Part shown: one piece after another, positions 44,282 through 53,997 of the stretch | How positions within the stretch are numbered: position 1 is the first letter of the stretch | How the letters are laid out: every line of letters begins with the position of its first letter | Origin: a virus | DNA: 64,000 bases | Strand: one strand, 5' to 3' | IMG/VR virus record: IMGVR_UViG_3300029850_000008 | Notes under the pieces: generated by a model | What the model was told of the DNA's origin: nothing | What the model saw: only the letters and a program-made list of their open reading frames with translations | The model's database searches: none | Program-made: the position numbers and the translations under genes

Positions 44282-45076
44282 ATGATGACTAGTGGATTAT
44301 CAGCGAGTGATGTCGCTTTGTTAAGCGGCTCTAATAACCGTGCCAACGATGGATTCGGCTGGGGCGGTGACGGCGCTTGGTGGATCATCATCCTTTTCTT
44401 ATTCGTTTTCTGCGGATGGGGAAATGGTGGCTGGGGTGGTTTTGGCGGCAATAATGGCGGTGGCTATGTTGCTACAGCAGCTACTCAGGCAGATATCCAG
44501 AGAGGATTTGATAACCAGGCAGTGATTAGTAAACTGGATGGAATTAATAACGGTCTGTGTGATGGTTTTTATGCCATGAATAATGGTATGCTTACTGGTT
44601 TTAACGGTATCAATACCAATATTATGCAAACTGGATTCGGAATTCAGCAGGCAATCAATGCTGACACGGTAGCCAATATGCAGAACACAAATGCAATTCA
44701 GTCTCAGCTTGCAAATTGTTGCTGCGAAACAAGAGAAGCTATCCAGGGAATTAATTACAACATGGCTACCAACACTTGCGCATTGCAGAATACGATGAAT
44801 AACAATACTCGTGATCTTCTGGAAAACCAGAACGCAAACGCAAGAGCAATCCTGGACTTTTTAACCAACGATAAGCTTGCTACTTTACAAGCAGAGAACT
44901 CCGATCTGAAGAGAGCAGCTTCTCAAGATCGCCAGAGCGCACTTCTGACTACTGCAATGCAGGCTCAGACACAGCAGTTAATCAATGCGATTAACCCGGC
45001 TCCGATTCCTGCTTTCCAGGTTCCGGCTCCATATGCTTATGCAGGTTGTAATGGATATGGAAATGGATGCTGCTAG
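44282..45076 (+). CDS. Gly/Trp-rich membrane-anchored Asn/Gln-rich protein ending in GCC
   Basis: ..GFGWGGDGAWWIIILFLFVFCGWGNGGWGGFGGNNGGG.. then N/Q-rich region, CCC and C-terminal GCNGYGNGCC. Confidence 0.55.
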   Translation: MMTSGLSASDVALLSGSNNRANDGFGWGGDGAWWIIILFLFVFCGWGNGGWGGFGGNNGGGYVATAATQADIQRGFDNQAVISKLDGINNGLCDGFYAMNNGMLTGFNGINTNIMQTGFGIQQAINADTVANMQNTNAIQSQLANCCCETREAIQGINYNMATNTCALQNTMNNNTRDLLENQNANARAILDFLTNDKLATLQAENSDLKRAASQDRQSALLTTAMQAQTQQLINAINPAPIPAFQVPAPYAYAGCNGYGNGCC

Positions 45077-45107
45077 GTAACTCGCCCTTAGAGGCTGATT
45101 GATTCTA

Positions 45108-45137
45108 AGAGGTGAGTTCCGGCTCACCTCTTATTTT
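45108..45137 (+). terminator. Intrinsic terminator
   Basis: AGAGGTGAG-TTCCGG-CTCACCTCT + TATTTTG. Confidence 0.65.
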
Positions 45138-45154
45138 GATTGAGAGGTAAGAAT

Positions 45155-45568
45155 ATGAGTTGTAGAAATATTTGCAAATTATGCAATCGACTTGTCATCA
45201 GTACGGCAGTGACCTTTACTGGAGGCAATCTCGTAGTAACAATTCCTGCTGGAAGCTATAATAATGGAGAAAAGTATTGCATTGTTGTTGCACAGTCTAT
45301 TCCAGATACAACTACAATTAATGCTCCAGTAGTTATCCAAATTGGAACTGGTGCTACTCTTTATCCAGTATCAAAGAAGAATTGCGCACAACTTACAGCA
45401 AGTGGATTAAGAACCAGGACAAAATATGCCATGAGAGTGCATACATCTGTTGATACCGCAACTTTTCGGTTACTTGGAGATGTTTGCTGTGTTCCAACCA
45501 ATAATCTTAGAGCGGTAAATGGTGATGGAACGCAGGTTACAACGCAGACCGTGAAAGGGGGAAAATAG
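45155..45568 (+). CDS. Hypothetical Cys-containing protein
   Basis: GAGAGG RBS before ATG 45155. Confidence 0.5.
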   Translation: MSCRNICKLCNRLVISTAVTFTGGNLVVTIPAGSYNNGEKYCIVVAQSIPDTTTINAPVVIQIGTGATLYPVSKKNCAQLTASGLRTRTKYAMRVHTSVDTATFRLLGDVCCVPTNNLRAVNGDGTQVTTQTVKGGK

Positions 45569-45571
45569 TTT

Positions 45572-46132
45572 ATGCATAGATTCGCTAAAGAAATCGCTGA
45601 ATGTGTAAAAAAAAATATTGAATCAAAAGGAATCGACAATATCACTCCAGAAGAAGTTTGTGTTTACGGACAGTGGGTTGACATTGCAAAGGATCTGGCA
45701 GACTTTGATAAAAATATGCGTGTCATCGAAGAGATGGACAGAGAAAATGAAAACGATTTTATGGATCGTCTAGGATATGACCGATACCGCTATGCAAATG
45801 GAAGATTCGCTCCAAAAGGCAGAGGAACAAGAATGGGATATCAGCCATATACATACATGCAGGATGATGACTGGATGAAGGAATATCTTGGCCAGAAGAA
45901 ATACGATGGAGAGAAATCGAGATATGGTGAGTCCTATGATCGATATGATGAAAGCAGAAGGCATTACCATGATACAAAAGATGCTGATTCTAAGCGTAGA
46001 ATGGATGATAGCATGAAGACCTATACCGATGATGTGATTCATAGCATCAAAGAAATGTGGTCAGACGCAGATTCCACATTACGCCAGACAATGAAAGCAG
46101 ATTTGACAAAAATGATTCAACAGTTACAGTAA
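45572..46132 (+). CDS. Charged Asp/Arg/Tyr-rich hypothetical protein
   Basis: ORF with AAGGGGG RBS. Confidence 0.5.
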   Translation: MHRFAKEIAECVKKNIESKGIDNITPEEVCVYGQWVDIAKDLADFDKNMRVIEEMDRENENDFMDRLGYDRYRYANGRFAPKGRGTRMGYQPYTYMQDDDWMKEYLGQKKYDGEKSRYGESYDRYDESRRHYHDTKDADSKRRMDDSMKTYTDDVIHSIKEMWSDADSTLRQTMKADLTKMIQQLQ

Positions 46133-46198
46133 ATGGAAGGAACCTGTGCCGCATATATTTGCGGTATGGGTTCTTTTTATCAGTGATAGGTGACAAAT

Positions 46199-46582
46199 AT
46201 GAGAAGTGTAAGAATCAATGATCATATATGGAATATTTACTATGTATCAGAAGATAATCCGGTTTTGATTGATCGCACAGGAACATGGACGTTGGCCGTT
46301 ACCATACCAAAAAGGAAATCTATATATTTGTCAGACAATTTATTCAGAAATCAGTTAATTACTGTGCTGTTGCATGAAATGACTCATGCAACCTTATGGG
46401 AGTTTGGAATCATAAATGACATAAGGAAATATTGCTATCCAGAGAATGCAATAGACATGGAAGAACTGGTTTGCAATATTGTGGCAGACTATGCACAGTA
46501 TATTTTTATGGAAGCATATAGGGTTTTAGGTGGTCAAGCTATATTTTATATGCCTATGGTATTGGAAAGGCTGGTGGCGTAA
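46199..46582 (+). CDS. HExxH zinc-metallopeptidase-like (SprT-like) protein
   Basis: VLLHEMTHATLWEFG. Confidence 0.5.
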   Translation: MRSVRINDHIWNIYYVSEDNPVLIDRTGTWTLAVTIPKRKSIYLSDNLFRNQLITVLLHEMTHATLWEFGIINDIRKYCYPENAIDMEELVCNIVADYAQYIFMEAYRVLGGQAIFYMPMVLERLVA

Positions 46583-46583
46583 A

Positions 46584-47000
46584 ATGAGAAGCAATATGAG
46601 ACAAAGACAAGAAGTGTATTTCTGTAAAATATCAGAAAAAATAGAAGGAATTGATACTGTGAGAGAGTATCAAAAGCCAGAATGCCTATGGGTTACTGTA
46701 TCTTCAACCTCTGGAACACCAGAAGAACAGGCTGCCGGAATCGTACTTGATTATGACCGATACATCACACACTGGAAATCCAGATGGGATAACTTTGAAC
46801 CAGAAGAAGGTATGCTTTTGTGGATTGATGAAGTCCCAGATATTGACGATGATGGAAACCTTATACTTGATGATGATGGAGAACCAACGATCCTACCGGA
46901 TTATCGTCTGTTAAGAATCATTGATACTCAAAAAGGGACTGTAGCACGATATGGAATTGTAAAAACTGGTGGTGATTTTTATGGTGAAAAGAGTAATTAG
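46584..47000 (+). CDS. Head closure / head-tail adaptor candidate
   Basis: Position and size. Confidence 0.4.
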   Translation: MRSNMRQRQEVYFCKISEKIEGIDTVREYQKPECLWVTVSSTSGTPEEQAAGIVLDYDRYITHWKSRWDNFEPEEGMLLWIDEVPDIDDDGNLILDDDGEPTILPDYRLLRIIDTQKGTVARYGIVKTGGDFYGEKSN

Positions 47001-47499
47001 TGGGGTCTTATCGGCAACCAGCATTGAACAAATGAAAGATGAACTTTTGAGATATCAGAAAAGCCTTAAGAATAAAAACGAACTATTTGTCCGTAGACTG
47101 GCAGAAATTGGAATTCCGGTTATTGATCGAAACATTGCTTCTGCGAAAGGGGATTCAAAGAAGAGCCACAACACGTATATAAAGATAAATTCGTTTGGAG
47201 AATATTCACAAGCAGTGCTGGTTTGTGAGGGAAAAGATTTGCTATTTATAGAATTTGGTGCTGGTATCCATTACAATGGAAACCCGGGAGGGAGCAATCA
47301 TCCAAAAGGGGAAGAGATGGGCTATACAATAGGTTCTTATGGTAAAGGTCTTGGAAAGAATGACTACTGGGTATATTATACAGACGATGGAAGATTTTTA
47401 ACATCTCATGGTACAGAAGCAACCATGCCTGTTTATAAAGCCGGACAAGAAATCATCAAAAGGATAAGAGAAATCGCAAAAGAGGTATTTGGAGGTTGA
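46981..47499 (+). CDS. HK97 gp10-like tail-joining protein candidate
   Basis: Position and size. Confidence 0.4.
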   Translation: MVKRVISGVLSATSIEQMKDELLRYQKSLKNKNELFVRRLAEIGIPVIDRNIASAKGDSKKSHNTYIKINSFGEYSQAVLVCEGKDLLFIEFGAGIHYNGNPGGSNHPKGEEMGYTIGSYGKGLGKNDYWVYYTDDGRFLTSHGTEATMPVYKAGQEIIKRIREIAKEVFGG

Positions 47500-47503
47500 A
47501 TGT

Positions 47504-47899
47504 ATGATTACAGTTAGAAACCCAACGCTAGATGTGTTTGAAATATGGTCTGAGAAAATAAAGGCAATTAAAAACGTTTCTTATTCTATGGAAATGAGCA
47601 AAATTCCAAGCTCTTTTCCATATGCAAGGCTTTTCCCTATTGGAAATCCGACTTATCGATCTGATTTGACAGGAAACGAATGCGCCATAACACCATCTTA
47701 TCAGATAGATCTATTTGCAAAAGGGAAATATGCGTTAAAAAATGTTTATGAGTTGGACGAAGTAAGCCATAATGCAATGGTCGAAATGGGATTCCATCGA
47801 ACGTATGGACCGGAGCCAATAGAAAACACAGATAATACGATTAAAAGGCTTGTAAGTCGCTATAGTAGGACATACTGCGGAGAAGATCTACGAATGTGA
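47504..47899 (+). CDS. Tail completion protein candidate
   Basis: GGAGG RBS before ATG 47504; position. Confidence 0.4.
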   Translation: MITVRNPTLDVFEIWSEKIKAIKNVSYSMEMSKIPSSFPYARLFPIGNPTYRSDLTGNECAITPSYQIDLFAKGKYALKNVYELDEVSHNAMVEMGFHRTYGPEPIENTDNTIKRLVSRYSRTYCGEDLRM

Positions 47900-47973
47900 G
47901 TTTTTAAAACAATAGTAACTGGTTTATAATAGTATAAGAGAAATGAGACATCTGGATTCCAGGTGTCTTTTTT
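47896..47973 (+). promoter_or_regulatory. Late-box 2: GTGAGTTTTTAAAAC-N14-TATAAT followed by intrinsic terminator
   Basis: Box 47896-47910, TATAAT 47925-47930, hairpin 47947-47967 + TTTTTT. Confidence 0.55.
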
Positions 47974-47997
47974 AATTTGTGGAAAGGAGAAAATGAT

Positions 47998-48258
47998 ATG
48001 GATTTTGGAATTGCGAGTGTGGCTGCGATTGTTGCAATCTGTTATTTTATCGGTCTTGGTGTGAAAGCATCTGGCATTAATGATAAATGGATTACAGTGA
48101 TTGTTGCAGTAACTGGTGGACTTCTTGGAATTGCCGGAATGTATGTCATGCCAGATTACCCGGCAAATGATGTGATCAATGCCGTTGCGATTGGCATGGT
48201 ATCTGGTGCATCCTCCACATGGATTGACCAAACCAAGAAACAGTTATCAAAAAAGTAA
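47998..48258 (+). CDS. Holin
   Basis: Three hydrophobic segments, charged C-terminus ..QTKKQLSKK; resembles phi-LC3/Hol44-type holins. Confidence 0.6.
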   Translation: MDFGIASVAAIVAICYFIGLGVKASGINDKWITVIVAVTGGLLGIAGMYVMPDYPANDVINAVAIGMVSGASSTWIDQTKKQLSKK

Positions 48259-48335
48259 CAGAACAATAAAAAATTTTCCGGTCATTGAAATGATGATCGC
48301 TGACCACAAATAATTACGTGGTAGAAAGGAGAAAT

Positions 48336-48821
48336 ATGGCAATAGCTAATATTCCAGGCATTTCCACGTTAAAGATGAGATTAGGATATGCCGTTGAAAC
48401 TACTCCTGGAGAAGCTCCTACTGCCTATACATGGCTTCAAAGAGCAAACTCCATTGGAGAAATTAGCCTGAGTACAGAAACGATTGATGCATCTGCGGTC
48501 GAAGACGAACAAACCAGATCCATTGCTGGTAGACAGGATACTGGCGGCGAATGGACGTTGTCATTTAACCTTACGAATGAGACAGAGCCAGTATATAGCA
48601 AAATGTTGGAAGATGCTGCAACGGGTTTGGCGGCGAATAAGAGAACATGGTTCACTGTATGGTCTCCATACATGACAAAAGCATTTTTCATTGTCGCACA
48701 GCCTGGTGGTAAGATTCCAATGCCATCCATTGATCAGAATGCTCTTCTGGTAGCAGAACTTTCTCTGGCTATTGATGAGTATAAGGGACTGATGACTGCG
48801 ATTGAGCCAACAGCCGACTGA
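48336..48821 (+). CDS. Major tail protein
   Basis: Position upstream of chaperone pair and tape measure. Confidence 0.55.
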   Translation: MAIANIPGISTLKMRLGYAVETTPGEAPTAYTWLQRANSIGEISLSTETIDASAVEDEQTRSIAGRQDTGGEWTLSFNLTNETEPVYSKMLEDAATGLAANKRTWFTVWSPYMTKAFFIVAQPGGKIPMPSIDQNALLVAELSLAIDEYKGLMTAIEPTAD

Positions 48822-48860
48822 TGATTTAATAGAACGGTTATTAATGGGAGGGGATAACTG

Positions 48861-49400
48861 ATGTATAAAGTTTTAAAAATTGGAGACAAAGATTATAAAC
48901 TGGAGTATACAATCGAGGCATCTTTGTATGACGAGGGCATTGATACAACATTAAAGTTTATTAGTGCTGCCGGAATGCCAAAAGAAGAGGATCTGGAAAA
49001 GTATACTCCAGAACAACAGATCGAGATCCGAAAACAAGTGGTTGATAATATCATGAAATCCATGACAAATCTTCCGAAAACAGCTATGGACTTATTTTAC
49101 ATGGGGCTTTTGGAACATCATGGATCTGGAAAATATGCAGACCATACCATTAAAAGTAAGGACGATGTAAAAGATCTTATCAGAGATTATTTTGAAGACC
49201 ATACAGATGATGGGACTGGAACTTTTTATGATATTTTATCCATGTGTTTGGATCAAATGGCAGAAGACGGTTTTTTCAAACGGACGGGGCTGGAGAAGAT
49301 GATGAGCAACGCACAGAAAAAGGACGAATCGAGCGAACCAGTTCCGGTAAACAGAGAACAGAGACGGGCGAAGCAGAAGCAGAAACCCTCAAAGAACTAG
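48861..49400 (+). CDS. Tail assembly chaperone (G-like)
   Basis: Immediately upstream of tape measure, overlapping -1 frame ORF. Confidence 0.6.
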   Translation: MYKVLKIGDKDYKLEYTIEASLYDEGIDTTLKFISAAGMPKEEDLEKYTPEQQIEIRKQVVDNIMKSMTNLPKTAMDLFYMGLLEHHGSGKYADHTIKSKDDVKDLIRDYFEDHTDDGTGTFYDILSMCLDQMAEDGFFKRTGLEKMMSNAQKKDESSEPVPVNREQRRAKQKQKPSKN

Positions 49401-49744
49401 CATTAAAGAAATTACTTCCAAAAGCGATTGATTGTGGAATACGGACAGAAGATTTTTACCATATGACATTAAAATCGGTTCGTATGGAGATCGAAGGATT
49501 TTGGAACAGAAGAAAAAATGAATGGGAACTTGCTGAATATCAAGCGTGGGTTTCTGGTGCTTATAACTTAAGAGCCATTGCTTCGGCATTTTCCAGAAAT
49601 GCAAAATATCCAGGTAATCCGATGCAGGAAGAATCCATTAATGTGGAAGAACTGACGGATGATGAACTTGCTGGAATCCAGGAACAATATCTTTTGAGCC
49701 TGGATCGCATGGCGAAAAGAGCCACTGGGCAGGCAGATGATTAA
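48861..49744 (+). CDS. Tail assembly chaperone frameshift product (GT-like)
   Basis: Slippery T_TTT_TTC at 49271-49277 in frame 0; -1 frame open to 49744. Confidence 0.5.
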
Positions 49745-49827
49745 ACGTCTGCTTGCCCTATTTTTTATTATATACGGTTATTTAAGCACGAAAATAACTG
49801 TTGACCTTTAAAAGATTGGAGGAAGAC

Positions 49828-52800
49828 ATGGCTGATAATACAATAGATTCTTTGGCGATAAAAATATCGAGTAATATGGGCAGTGCCGATAAATCTATAG
49901 GGCGATTGGCGGATTCCTTATCTAGGGTAGCAGAGTCGCTTGGCAAAATAAACCCATCTACGTTTTCCAACTTAGCTAGTGGAATCGGTGATTTGAAAGT
50001 TGCAATGGATGGAATGAATGCTACGGTAAAAACTGTTGATTATACTAGGGTTGCAAAAGGATTAAACTCTATCGCCACAGTAAATGTACAGGGAGTAACT
50101 GATGCGTCAAGGGCAATAAGGGATCTGGTTACAAATCTTAATCAGGTTGGTACAATTGCGTTTGATTCACAGGGCATTTTGAATATTGCGAACTCTGTTG
50201 CGCAATTAGGAAGAGGCACAGTAACGCAAGCAGCAGACAATATTCCAAAATTGACTACGGAATTAAAAAATCTTATCGCTGGGCTTAATGGACTGAATTT
50301 TAATGGATTTGATCTTACTGGTCTCACGAATTTAACCACGGCAATATCGAAAATGGGAGGTGCGGCAGCCGGAAGAGCGGCAAGCGGAAATATAGAGAAT
50401 CTTGGAAAAGCATTGAAAAATATGCTGACTACGCTTTCCACGGCACCAACGGTAAGCAATAACATCATTCAGATGACAAATGCGCTTGCTGGATTGGCGG
50501 CGGCAGGTGGAAAGGCGGGTGTTGCGGCAAACAGCCTGGTTTCTGGATTCCGTTCACTCCCTGCGACTACTTCAAAAGCAAAGAATAGTTTTGGCGGACT
50601 TGCATCAGCAATAAGCAAGTTCTATGCAACATATTGGATGATCATTCGTTCTATTGGTCTATTCAAAAAGGCTATTGATATTTCCAGTGACTTAACCGAG
50701 GTTCAAAACGTTGTCGATGTCACATTTGGTGACTTGGCAAACAAAGTTGATGAACTGGCAAGCCACTCCATCCAGGACTACGGAATGTCTGAACTGACTG
50801 TAAAGCAGGTATCCAGCCGTTTTCAAGCAATGGGAACTTCAATGGGATTTGCGCAGGATAAAATGGCTGATATGTCCATTGAATTGACCAAATTAACAGC
50901 AGACATGGCGTCATTTTACAATGAAAGCCAGGGAGATGTGGCTAAGAGATTACAGTCGATCTACACTGGTGAAACCGAACCACTCCGCCGTTACGGAATT
51001 GACCTTACAAATGCCACTTTGCAGGAATGGGCAAACAAAAAAGGAATTGATGCAAAAGTAAATTCCATGACGCAGGCACAGAAGACCATGCTTCGGTATG
51101 CGTATGTCATGGAAAATACATCAGCAGCACAAGGGGATTTCGCCCGTACAAGCGGAAGTTGGGCGAATCAACTTAGAATGCTTGTTCAGCAGTTTGAACA
51201 ATTAGGATCAGTAGTTGGCGGTACTTTGGTTAATGCATTTAAGCCTTTAATCACTGTATTGAACAACGTAATGCAAAAGGTTATCTCCTTTGCAAAAACG
51301 GTAGCAAATGCACTTGGTGCTATTTTTGGATGGACAATTCAAATTGATTCTGGTGGCATGGCTAACGATTTCGAAGCGGCAGGAACAGCGGCAGAAGACA
51401 TGGCTGATGGAACCGGAGATGCTGCTAAAAATGCAAAGAAGCTGAGTAACTATATTGCTGCATGGCATGAAGTCAATAATATGACTACAGATGATAGCAA
51501 GAAAAAAGGCTCTGGTTCTGGTGGTGGTGCTGGAGACTTAGGGGATTTATCTGGATACCAGGAAAATCTTGTAAAGACCGATGGTTTGCTTCAAAAGTAT
51601 GAGAGCGAGATTGATACTCTCAGAAAACTTGGAAAATATATTGGTGATACTCTTTCTGATGCCATGGAAAGTATAAACTGGGATGCGGTTTATGAAAAAG
51701 CCAGAAATTTCGGAACGGGATTAGCAGATTTTCTTAATGGATTATTTGTTGACACCAGTCTGTTTTCGAGTCTTGGAAAAACCATCGCCGGATCTTTAAA
51801 TACGGCATTACATGCACTGAATTCATTTGGAACCACATTTGACTGGACTGGATTTGGAAAATCTGTTGCTGATGGTATTAATAAATTCTTTTCCACGTTT
51901 GATTTTGGATTATTGGCTAATACACTAAACGCATGGGTTCATGGAATTTTCGATATGGTTAAATCAGCAGTGCTAAATATAGATTGGTCTAATATTTTAT
52001 CTGGAATCGCTGATTTTTTTAATGAAATTGACATTGATACCTTGTTGGTAATAATAGGCGGAATTGCACTTAAAAAAGGAACTGTAAAAAAACTTTTTGC
52101 ATCTTCAATAATTAAATCAATAGGAACTGGAATTTCATTAAAAAATCTCCCTGTGAGTATTAGTTCGATTTCATGGGGAACAATTTATCTTGGTGGAGCT
52201 GCTTTCGATGTAATTGGAACAGAAATCATAAACGGAGTAAACAGTTTTATAACAACATACTTTGGAGAAAGTGTTGCTAACGCAATGGGAGAAGCACTTC
52301 TTATATCCGTTACTACTGGAGCTGGATTGGTATTAGGTGGACCGATAGGATCGGCTATTGGTGCAGCCATAGGCATTGCACTCGATACTTTTGTGGTAAA
52401 AGGCGAGTGGATAACGAAGTTCTGGAAAAAAATAGGAGATGACTTATTTAATTTTGATGTGACAAAAAGTCTTCTGGACTACTCTAAACAATGCTTTTCT
52501 ACTGCATTTAGCACGGATTCGTTTGCTGAATTTGGTATTAATATAGTAGAAGGAATTGCTAATGGATTGGCATCTGCTCTTACTTTTTTAGTAGAACCAA
52601 TATTCGATATGTTTGATATAGTCGTAAAAGGAATTTGTGATGTGTTTGGTATACATTCTCCATCAAAGGAAATGGAACCATATGGAGAATACATCTTACT
52701 CGGAATAGTACAAGGATTTTCTAATTCTATAGGAACATGGGTTCAAAAAATAGTCGATTGGAAAAATCAAACCACAGAAAAATTCAAATCAATTATTAAT

Positions 52801-53541
52801 GATACTGTTATACCAAATGTCATGACATGGTTCTCTGCTATGCCAGGGAAAATATATGATTCCATTATTAAAGTTAAAGATAAACTTGATGTATGGAAAA
52901 CCAATATCAATTCATTCTTCGCAACAAATATTCCTCAGATTGTAAAGCGTGTGGTTGATTTGTTTGGTGATCTTCCAAAACAGATGGTCACTGTTGGAGA
53001 AAATATCATCAAGGGACTTTGGAATGGTATTAATAATATGGTCGGATGGATTGGAGACAAAATCAAGGGTTTCACATCTGGAATCGTAAACGGATTCAAG
53101 GAAGGATTTGACGAACATTCTCCATCAAAGATTGCTTTTCAGATTGGCGATTACTGGACGATTGGACTTGGTAATGGTATGTCTGATAAGTTTTCAGATA
53201 TTTACAAGCAAGTCAACAATTTCACAGATAATATTGCAAAAACTCAGATTTCAATTCCAAAATTGGATTTATCTGTGCCGGATACTGATTTCACACCTAA
53301 AATGAATTTTGATTCTGGAAAACTTTCCACCACAATGCATGATGAAATTGATGTAAAGATGGCTGAATATTCCTATCAGATGCGTCAGCTTCAACAGTCC
53401 ATTGAAACCCAGAATCAGATTCTGGAAGAAATGAATGCAAAAGGCTTGGTATTTGATGATAATGCTATGGTCAAAAAATATCAAACGGCAGCAACAAAGT
53501 TCCGTAGACAAACCGGAAGACAGTTAGGAATTGCATATTAA
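49828..53541 (+). CDS. Tape measure protein
   Basis: 1237 aa, Gly/Ala-rich helical segments, position. Confidence 0.85.
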   Translation: MADNTIDSLAIKISSNMGSADKSIGRLADSLSRVAESLGKINPSTFSNLASGIGDLKVAMDGMNATVKTVDYTRVAKGLNSIATVNVQGVTDASRAIRDLVTNLNQVGTIAFDSQGILNIANSVAQLGRGTVTQAADNIPKLTTELKNLIAGLNGLNFNGFDLTGLTNLTTAISKMGGAAAGRAASGNIENLGKALKNMLTTLSTAPTVSNNIIQMTNALAGLAAAGGKAGVAANSLVSGFRSLPATTSKAKNSFGGLASAISKFYATYWMIIRSIGLFKKAIDISSDLTEVQNVVDVTFGDLANKVDELASHSIQDYGMSELTVKQVSSRFQAMGTSMGFAQDKMADMSIELTKLTADMASFYNESQGDVAKRLQSIYTGETEPLRRYGIDLTNATLQEWANKKGIDAKVNSMTQAQKTMLRYAYVMENTSAAQGDFARTSGSWANQLRMLVQQFEQLGSVVGGTLVNAFKPLITVLNNVMQKVISFAKTVANALGAIFGWTIQIDSGGMANDFEAAGTAAEDMADGTGDAAKNAKKLSNYIAAWHEVNNMTTDDSKKKGSGSGGGAGDLGDLSGYQENLVKTDGLLQKYESEIDTLRKLGKYIGDTLSDAMESINWDAVYEKARNFGTGLADFLNGLFVDTSLFSSLGKTIAGSLNTALHALNSFGTTFDWTGFGKSVADGINKFFSTFDFGLLANTLNAWVHGIFDMVKSAVLNIDWSNILSGIADFFNEIDIDTLLVIIGGIALKKGTVKKLFASSIIKSIGTGISLKNLPVSISSISWGTIYLGGAAFDVIGTEIINGVNSFITTYFGESVANAMGEALLISVTTGAGLVLGGPIGSAIGAAIGIALDTFVVKGEWITKFWKKIGDDLFNFDVTKSLLDYSKQCFSTAFSTDSFAEFGINIVEGIANGLASALTFLVEPIFDMFDIVVKGICDVFGIHSPSKEMEPYGEYILLGIVQGFSNSIGTWVQKIVDWKNQTTEKFKSIINDTVIPNVMTWFSAMPGKIYDSIIKVKDKLDVWKTNINSFFATNIPQIVKRVVDLFGDLPKQMVTVGENIIKGLWNGINNMVGWIGDKIKGFTSGIVNGFKEGFDEHSPSKIAFQIGDYWTIGLGNGMSDKFSDIYKQVNNFTDNIAKTQISIPKLDLSVPDTDFTPKMNFDSGKLSTTMHDEIDVKMAEYSYQMRQLQQSIETQNQILEEMNAKGLVFDDNAMVKKYQTAATKFRRQTGRQLGIAY

Positions 53542-53557
53542 AAGTTTTGCAGAAAGA

Positions 53558-53613
53558 AAGGCAACAAAACTGTTCTTAATAAGAGAGCGGCAATGTTGCC
53601 TTTTTCTTTTTTT
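53558..53613 (+). terminator. Intrinsic terminator after tape measure gene
   Basis: AAGGCAAC...GTTGCCTT then TTTCTTTTTTT. Confidence 0.7.
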
Positions 53614-53633
53614 GGTGAAAACAGATAGTGCCA

Positions 53634-53679
53634 TTGACTTTTGTCATAACAAAACGTATAATTATGTCATGACAAAACG
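53634..53679 (+). promoter_or_regulatory. Consensus promoter TTGACT-17-TATAAT with two TGTCATrACAAAACG direct repeats
   Basis: TTGACT 53634-53639, TATAAT 53657-53662, repeats 53642-53656 and 53665-53679. Confidence 0.65.
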
Positions 53680-53694
53680 AAAGGAATTAATACA

Positions 53695-53859
53695 ATGGCT
53701 AGACCAACAAAAAACCCAAAAGGGAACAGGGAGAGTTTTCGCCTGTCAGACCAAGATGTTGAAAAACTGAAATTATGTGTAGAAAAAACAGGAATGAGCA
53801 AGACCGATGTGATTCGAATGGGAATTGACAAGATATATACGGAATTAAAAGAAAAGTGA
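53695..53859 (+). CDS. RHH (CopG/MobC-like) small regulator (54 aa)
   Basis: MARPTKNPKGNRESFRLSDQDVEKLKLCVEKTGMSKTDVIRMGI.. classic RHH pattern; below ORF-track cutoff. Confidence 0.55.
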   Translation: MARPTKNPKGNRESFRLSDQDVEKLKLCVEKTGMSKTDVIRMGIDKIYTELKEK

Positions 53860-53997
53860 TGGGAGTTTATTCCCACCACTAAATCTTTGTTGAAAGTGTT
53901 TCCACCGTTCAACTAGTTTATAATTCTTTCTCGACAATTGAATTATAACACGGTGGTTACTCTTTCGCAAGTGAAAAGGCAGAAAGAGGGTAGAAAT

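Noticed and set aside
848-53511. Long antisense shadow ORFs, for example 848-1171, 4958-5311, 16518-17004, 19956-20339, 34059-34478, 37574-38053, 41052-41519 and 53269-53511.
   Set aside because: Each lies opposite a recognisable + strand gene and shows skewed, Leu/Ser/Ile-rich composition typical of shadow frames.
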